From Promethearchaeota archaeon (GTDB lineage Archaea; Asgardarchaeota; Heimdallarchaeia; Hodarchaeales; Hodarchaeaceae), in assembly GCA_048938105.1 (NCBI GenBank), contig JBHLMN010000041.1:1-12085 (forward strand): a DNA stretch of 12,085 nt. The letters are read 5' to 3'. This document shows positions 8,393 through 12,085 of this stretch, piece by piece; position 1 is the first letter of the stretch; each line of letters begins with the position of its first letter. The notes under the pieces are model-generated. The model was not told the DNA's origin. It searched no databases and saw nothing but the letters and a program-made list of their open reading frames with translations. Made by a program: the position numbers and the translations under genes.

Positions 8393-9098
8393 CTACGTCT
8401 GGAATTAAGGATTCTGGGAGCTTCAATTCCTGATCAGATAGATGAAGAATTAAAGCATATTTGTCATCTTTCACACGTCCTTCAAGAAATGCTCTCGGAA
8501 ATTTTCTCCCCCCATCATACAATACTAATGGTTCTCTTTTTTTCGTTTCGGGATTAAAAGTATCAATACGGGCAAATTTATTCTCCTTTTGCAGTCTTTC
8601 AGCGAGTTCATACAGAAATTTGTAGGTTACCCCATTATTATGAACAATATAGTAACTCTTACGAAAGACATAGGTTAGCATTAACATATGTGTATCTACT
8701 AACTCATCGGTGATTTTTACTGGAAGTTCAGTATTAATATTTCCTATGGTACGTAGATGAGGTCTTTCTTTTATAGAACCATCTGCAAGGTGTAACACAT
8801 CAAACATAGTATAATTATAAACGGGGTCATAGTGCTCCCCAACGGTTATCCGATTAGTCTTTTTTACTTTTTTTCCAGCTAGTTCAGTATCAATATCAAT
8901 ATCAGATTCTTTCAAGTGGCTAGCGAGATTTTCTTTTTCCAACAAAATTTCATCCCGTAGATCTACATCAAACTTTATGTATCGCTGATAGGTTGCTCTT
9001 TCACCCTCAGGAGATACATGATACTGCTTTTGAGGTCGATGAGTGGGAATTAGTTCCAGTTCAGCATCAATATTTTCATGGGCTAAATGAATCTTCAC
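8376..9098 (-). CDS. hypothetical protein, putative divergent Ku-like DNA-end-binding subunit B
   Basis: 240 aa. The segment PVKITDELVDTHMLMLTYVFRKSYYIVHNNGVTYKFLYELAERLQKENKFAR...PRAFLEGRVKDDKYALILHL follows the Ku core pattern as recalled (strand, 'f.kpYYl', 'Y.lL.~aL...~k.a', beta-hairpin). The ORF is solid; the Ku call is pattern-based. Confidence 0.6.
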   Translation of the reverse strand: MKIHLAHENIDAELELIPTHRPQKQYHVSPEGERATYQRYIKFDVDLRDEILLEKENLASHLKESDIDIDTELAGKKVKKTNRITVGEHYDPVYNYTMFDVLHLADGSIKERPHLRTIGNINTELPVKITDELVDTHMLMLTYVFRKSYYIVHNNGVTYKFLYELAERLQKENKFARIDTFNPETKKREPLVLYDGGRKFPRAFLEGRVKDDKYALILHLSDQELKLPESLIPDVGEEED

Positions 9099-9105
9099 CT
9101 TCTAA

Positions 9106-9112
9106 TCACCTC
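9106..9112 (-). promoter_or_regulatory. Shine-Dalgarno GAGGTGA overlapping the upstream stop codon
   Basis: The minus strand reads ATA TGG TGA GGTGA TTAGAAG GTG AAG. The SD is built into the stop of 9111..9722, 7 nt before the GTG at 9098. Confidence 0.7.
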
Positions 9113-9722
9113 ACCATATCTCAAAGGCAATTTCCTCTTCCAATTCTTCTTCTATATCACTATAAAGAATCTCACTGGGGCTAACCATGATAGGTTCAGC
9201 ATACTCTCCAATTGCTACATATAATACTTCATTTTTAGGAAGAAGAATTGCATCTCTGGGGGTTGCGGTATCATAATACGCATACGTGAATCGATATAAC
9301 TTTCCCTGTTCTAAGAGCTTTTCACATACGGAATATAAGCGATTTAGATCGCTTGTCTGTTCCGAAGTGAGGATATAGGTTCGTTCAATTACATAACCAA
9401 AATAATCATCTATCGAGATTGTCTTGGACAATTTAACTGGTTCCTTATATATGGATCGAGTAATAGGAATTGCTTTATCTTCAGAATCTACTAATAAGGT
9501 CTTGGATAAATAAGTGCCATTAATATCAATATAATTTGCTCCAATTCCCTTATAGGGAAGAATTTGAGTACCATCTAGGGTAAGATTTGCCTGTTGATAA
9601 ACCGTACCATCCTCACCGCGTTTTTCAACGATACTCTTTCCATATAAATCATCCCTTGAGAATGTTTTTAGGATCACAGGGATCTCTACATCTTTATAGC
9701 GTAACGTTAATACCCTTGCCAT
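9111..9722 (-). CDS. hypothetical protein, putative divergent Ku-like DNA-end-binding subunit A with acidic C-terminal tail
   Basis: 203 aa. N-terminal 'VEIPVILK' resembles Ku 'VniPVkLy'. Core PVKLSKTISIDDYFGYVIERTYIL...LYSVCEKLLEQGKLYRFTYAY...RDAILLPKNEVLYV resembles the Ku barrel and is paralogous to the adjacent gene. Confidence 0.6.
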   Translation of the reverse strand: MARVLTLRYKDVEIPVILKTFSRDDLYGKSIVEKRGEDGTVYQQANLTLDGTQILPYKGIGANYIDINGTYLSKTLLVDSEDKAIPITRSIYKEPVKLSKTISIDDYFGYVIERTYILTSEQTSDLNRLYSVCEKLLEQGKLYRFTYAYYDTATPRDAILLPKNEVLYVAIGEYAEPIMVSPSEILYSDIEEELEEEIAFEIW

Positions 9723-10333
9723 TTTGCCTTATACTAAATTTATTGTAGACTATAGATAAAATAGAAGATTGCATTTTTAAATGTTTAATTTTTTCGTATG
9801 AAATTTTATAATTTTCACAAAATTTAAAGAAAAAATTCCTTTTCTGATCGCATTTTGAGAGTAAAATTCCCCATAGTCTATCAATATCATAATTAGTATT
9901 CCTATACTATTGGCATTCTATCCATTGTAGCAATTTTTATAAGAAGAAAACGAAGGAATTCTTAAATTTTTTTTTATACTATTAATCCTTTCGTTTCAGT
10001 TTTAACTACTAGTGCCTAATAGATTCCCATCCCAACACACCTATTTAAATCTTTACAATCCTATAATTCACTAATCTCGTACTGTTTATTACTCTGAATT
10101 TCTACGAAATATTTTAGTACAATTGCGTAATATATTGAAGGGGATCGTAATGTGGGTTGAGATATCTTAGCGCTCTATTTATAGATGTAAAGATATCACA
10201 AACCATACCATCACAGCATTGAAAAACAATGGGGGTAAAATATTTGTTTTTTCCCTGAATAGTATTATGCATTGTACTATCAATTATAGCTTTCACCAAT
10301 AGCTAAATCCTTAAGATTCTCTATACTTCATCA

Positions 10334-10858
10334 TTAATCTGCCAATTCTTTTTTGATGGATGCGAGGAATAGGATTAGAAGCACTACATAATTCAGAGGA
10401 AATACCAAAAACCACGCTAACCTGTATGAAATTTGAAATAGTGCAATAAAAATAACAATGGCTATAGGGAAATCTAGCCAACCCCACTTATTTTCGATTA
10501 AGTAGATGCTATAAACTACTAAAAAAACACCAAATATATATACTGGAGTAACCAAAGTTGTATATAATCCGGTCCAGCCTCCTAAAAACCTAGTTCCTAA
10601 ATCCCACCACATTACCAGACAAGAGATTCCAATAATGATTGTACCAACCACAAAAATTATTATGCTTCTCTTTTTTACAAGTTCTATATTCCATCTCTGT
10701 TTTGGAGATATTGAAAAGCAAATTCCACCAATAATACAAGCTATACCTATATAAATATATATGTATGCATAGAAATGTATATAAAAAAATCCCAAAAGAT
10801 CTAATACTATTCCTACTATAATAAGAGCTAAACCAGCAATTTTACGATTTTCCTTCAA
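10334..10858 (-). CDS. hypothetical multi-pass membrane protein (~6 TM)
   Basis: 174 aa dominated by hydrophobic stretches separated by short basic loops; TTG start with an in-frame stop shortly upstream. Confidence 0.75.
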   Translation of the reverse strand: MKENRKIAGLALIIVGIVLDLLGFFYIHFYAYIYIYIGIACIIGGICFSISPKQRWNIELVKKRSIIIFVVGTIIIGISCLVMWWDLGTRFLGGWTGLYTTLVTPVYIFGVFLVVYSIYLIENKWGWLDFPIAIVIFIALFQISYRLAWFLVFPLNYVVLLILFLASIKKELAD

Positions 10859-11277
10859 ATCTGAAAGTTTACTTAAAATTTTTCTTAATTCTTTTTTGTA
10901 CTAATATGTAAAAAATTGTTGCTGATATATATTAATATTGTCTTTTCCTGGACATCAGATTCACCATCTTCAAACACATGATCTCATTTTCAGATGTGTT
11001 TAAAAACCTCTATTAGGACTATTGTATAAGTGTATAGCCAAGTACCTAATACTTACGGTAACATCAGACAAGAAAGAGGATTTCGCCAAAACTGTAAAAT
11101 CTTCGTGCTTTTCTTCAAAAAACTCCTACACCCTATCCTCTTTTATTCAAGCTTAACACTACGTAAAATATTAATAAAGAATTTTGAGCATAAATTTACC
11201 CCCCATTTAACTGTGATGCCCCAGCCAATGAAAAAACCTTATAGGTTATATGAGGAGGGCTTAAAGGTGTTAAATTA

Positions 11278-11823
11278 GTGGAAAAATTAGGAATTATCCC
11301 AAACAGACCCAAACGGGTTATTATATTTGTAGACCATGCCAATATTTTCTATAATTTGCAAAAAAGAGATATTCGAATCGATTATCAAAAACTGAGACAG
11401 ATTGTGAGTAGAGACTCACATTTAGTGGGAGCTTTTGTATACCTTGGAGTGCCTGATAAGATCCCTATTGAAAAAGAAAATTTTATGAGATATATTGAAA
11501 AAGCAGGATATACCATCCAAAAAAGACCATTGAGCATGTTATCAGATGGTTCAACTAAACAAAAAAGAATTGATATTTTTATCTATAAAGATATGGTGGA
11601 GTTGGCAGAGGAAGATGCCTATGATAAAGCGGTGTTATTATCGGGAGATGGTGATTTTGTGGATGCGATAAAGCAACTAAAAGTGTTGAAAAAAAGGTTC
11701 GAAATATGGAGCTTTTGCAAATCCCTCTCCAAATTACTACGGAAAGAAGCAGGAGAGGACAATATCCACTATATCGATGACATTCTTGGTGAAATTAGCC
11801 AGAAGAAAAAAGAGGAAGAATAA
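11278..11823 (+). CDS. NYN domain protein (LabA/DUF88 family, PIN-like fold, putative RNase)
   Basis: Motifs IFVDHANIFY, KQKRID...DM and LLSGDGDF match the conserved acidic residues of NYN/LabA. GTG start with GAGGAGG/AGGTG upstream. Confidence 0.9.
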   Translation: MEKLGIIPNRPKRVIIFVDHANIFYNLQKRDIRIDYQKLRQIVSRDSHLVGAFVYLGVPDKIPIEKENFMRYIEKAGYTIQKRPLSMLSDGSTKQKRIDIFIYKDMVELAEEDAYDKAVLLSGDGDFVDAIKQLKVLKKRFEIWSFCKSLSKLLRKEAGEDNIHYIDDILGEISQKKKEEE

Positions 11824-12085
11824 ATTTTATGCCCCTAAAATATTCGTGGTTATACTTTAGAGTAAGATGTGATTTCAGATTTCAAGTACAACTAATTTAT
11901 TGAGAGATGCGAGAAGGATGCTGGCAATTTTTCTTTTCTTTAAATCCCCTTCCTTCTTTAAAAGCATTCTTTCTCGTTTTCTCTCTTATTTTTATTTTTT
12001 ACCCTTTAAATGAAAAAAGTGCCCTTTAAATAGTGAGGAGAAAAACAAAAAGTAATAGTTTGATCACTATTTTTCTCTATTTTTT

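Noticed and set aside
8993-9184. 63-aa plus-strand ORF
   Set aside because: Antisense across the junction of the two coupled Ku-like genes.
10114-10299. 61-aa minus-strand ORF
   Set aside because: Short, non-ATG start, no clear SD or motif; cannot be supported, though a small or decayed gene is not excluded.
11030-11278. 82-aa ORF upstream of NYN
   Set aside because: No recognisable features and occupies the likely promoter/leader of the NYN gene; probably spurious.
1-12085. tRNA/rRNA genes, CRISPR array, intact transposase or integrase
   Set aside because: No GC-rich structured RNA-like segment, regular repeat array or recombinase/transposase motifs were seen.

Overview
AT-rich archaeal DNA. 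The small conserved hypothetical genes, GGTGA/GAGGT ribosome-binding sites, oligo-T terminators and a surface protein ending in an I(P/L)GY-TM-basic anchor point to an Asgard archaeon (Lokiarchaeia-like); this is an inference. The centrepiece is a minus-strand cluster (9722->5768) of four genes. Two are tandem, mutually paralogous proteins with a divergent Ku beta-barrel-like pattern. The third is a stand-alone ATP-dependent DNA ligase (NTase+OB, plus a WGR-like C-terminal domain). The fourth is a polynucleotide 5'-kinase/3'-phosphatase whose two domains resemble eukaryotic PNKP but in reversed order. Together they look like a candidate 'heterodimeric Ku + ligase + PNKP' end-joining (NHEJ-like) system, distinct from the bacterial Ku-LigD type. 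Downstream are a 105-aa hypothetical gene and a 1288-aa secreted, membrane-anchored beta-propeller/Ig-like/caspase-family (C14)/Ca-binding-repeat protein. These two genes are bracketed by a 143-bp, ~91% identical direct repeat of the PNKP 3' end, which leaves a PNKP pseudogene fragment at 683-996. Also present: small Zn-finger and helical hypotheticals, a multi-TM membrane protein and a NYN/LabA (PIN-like) protein. All family calls come from motif reading; no searches were run.
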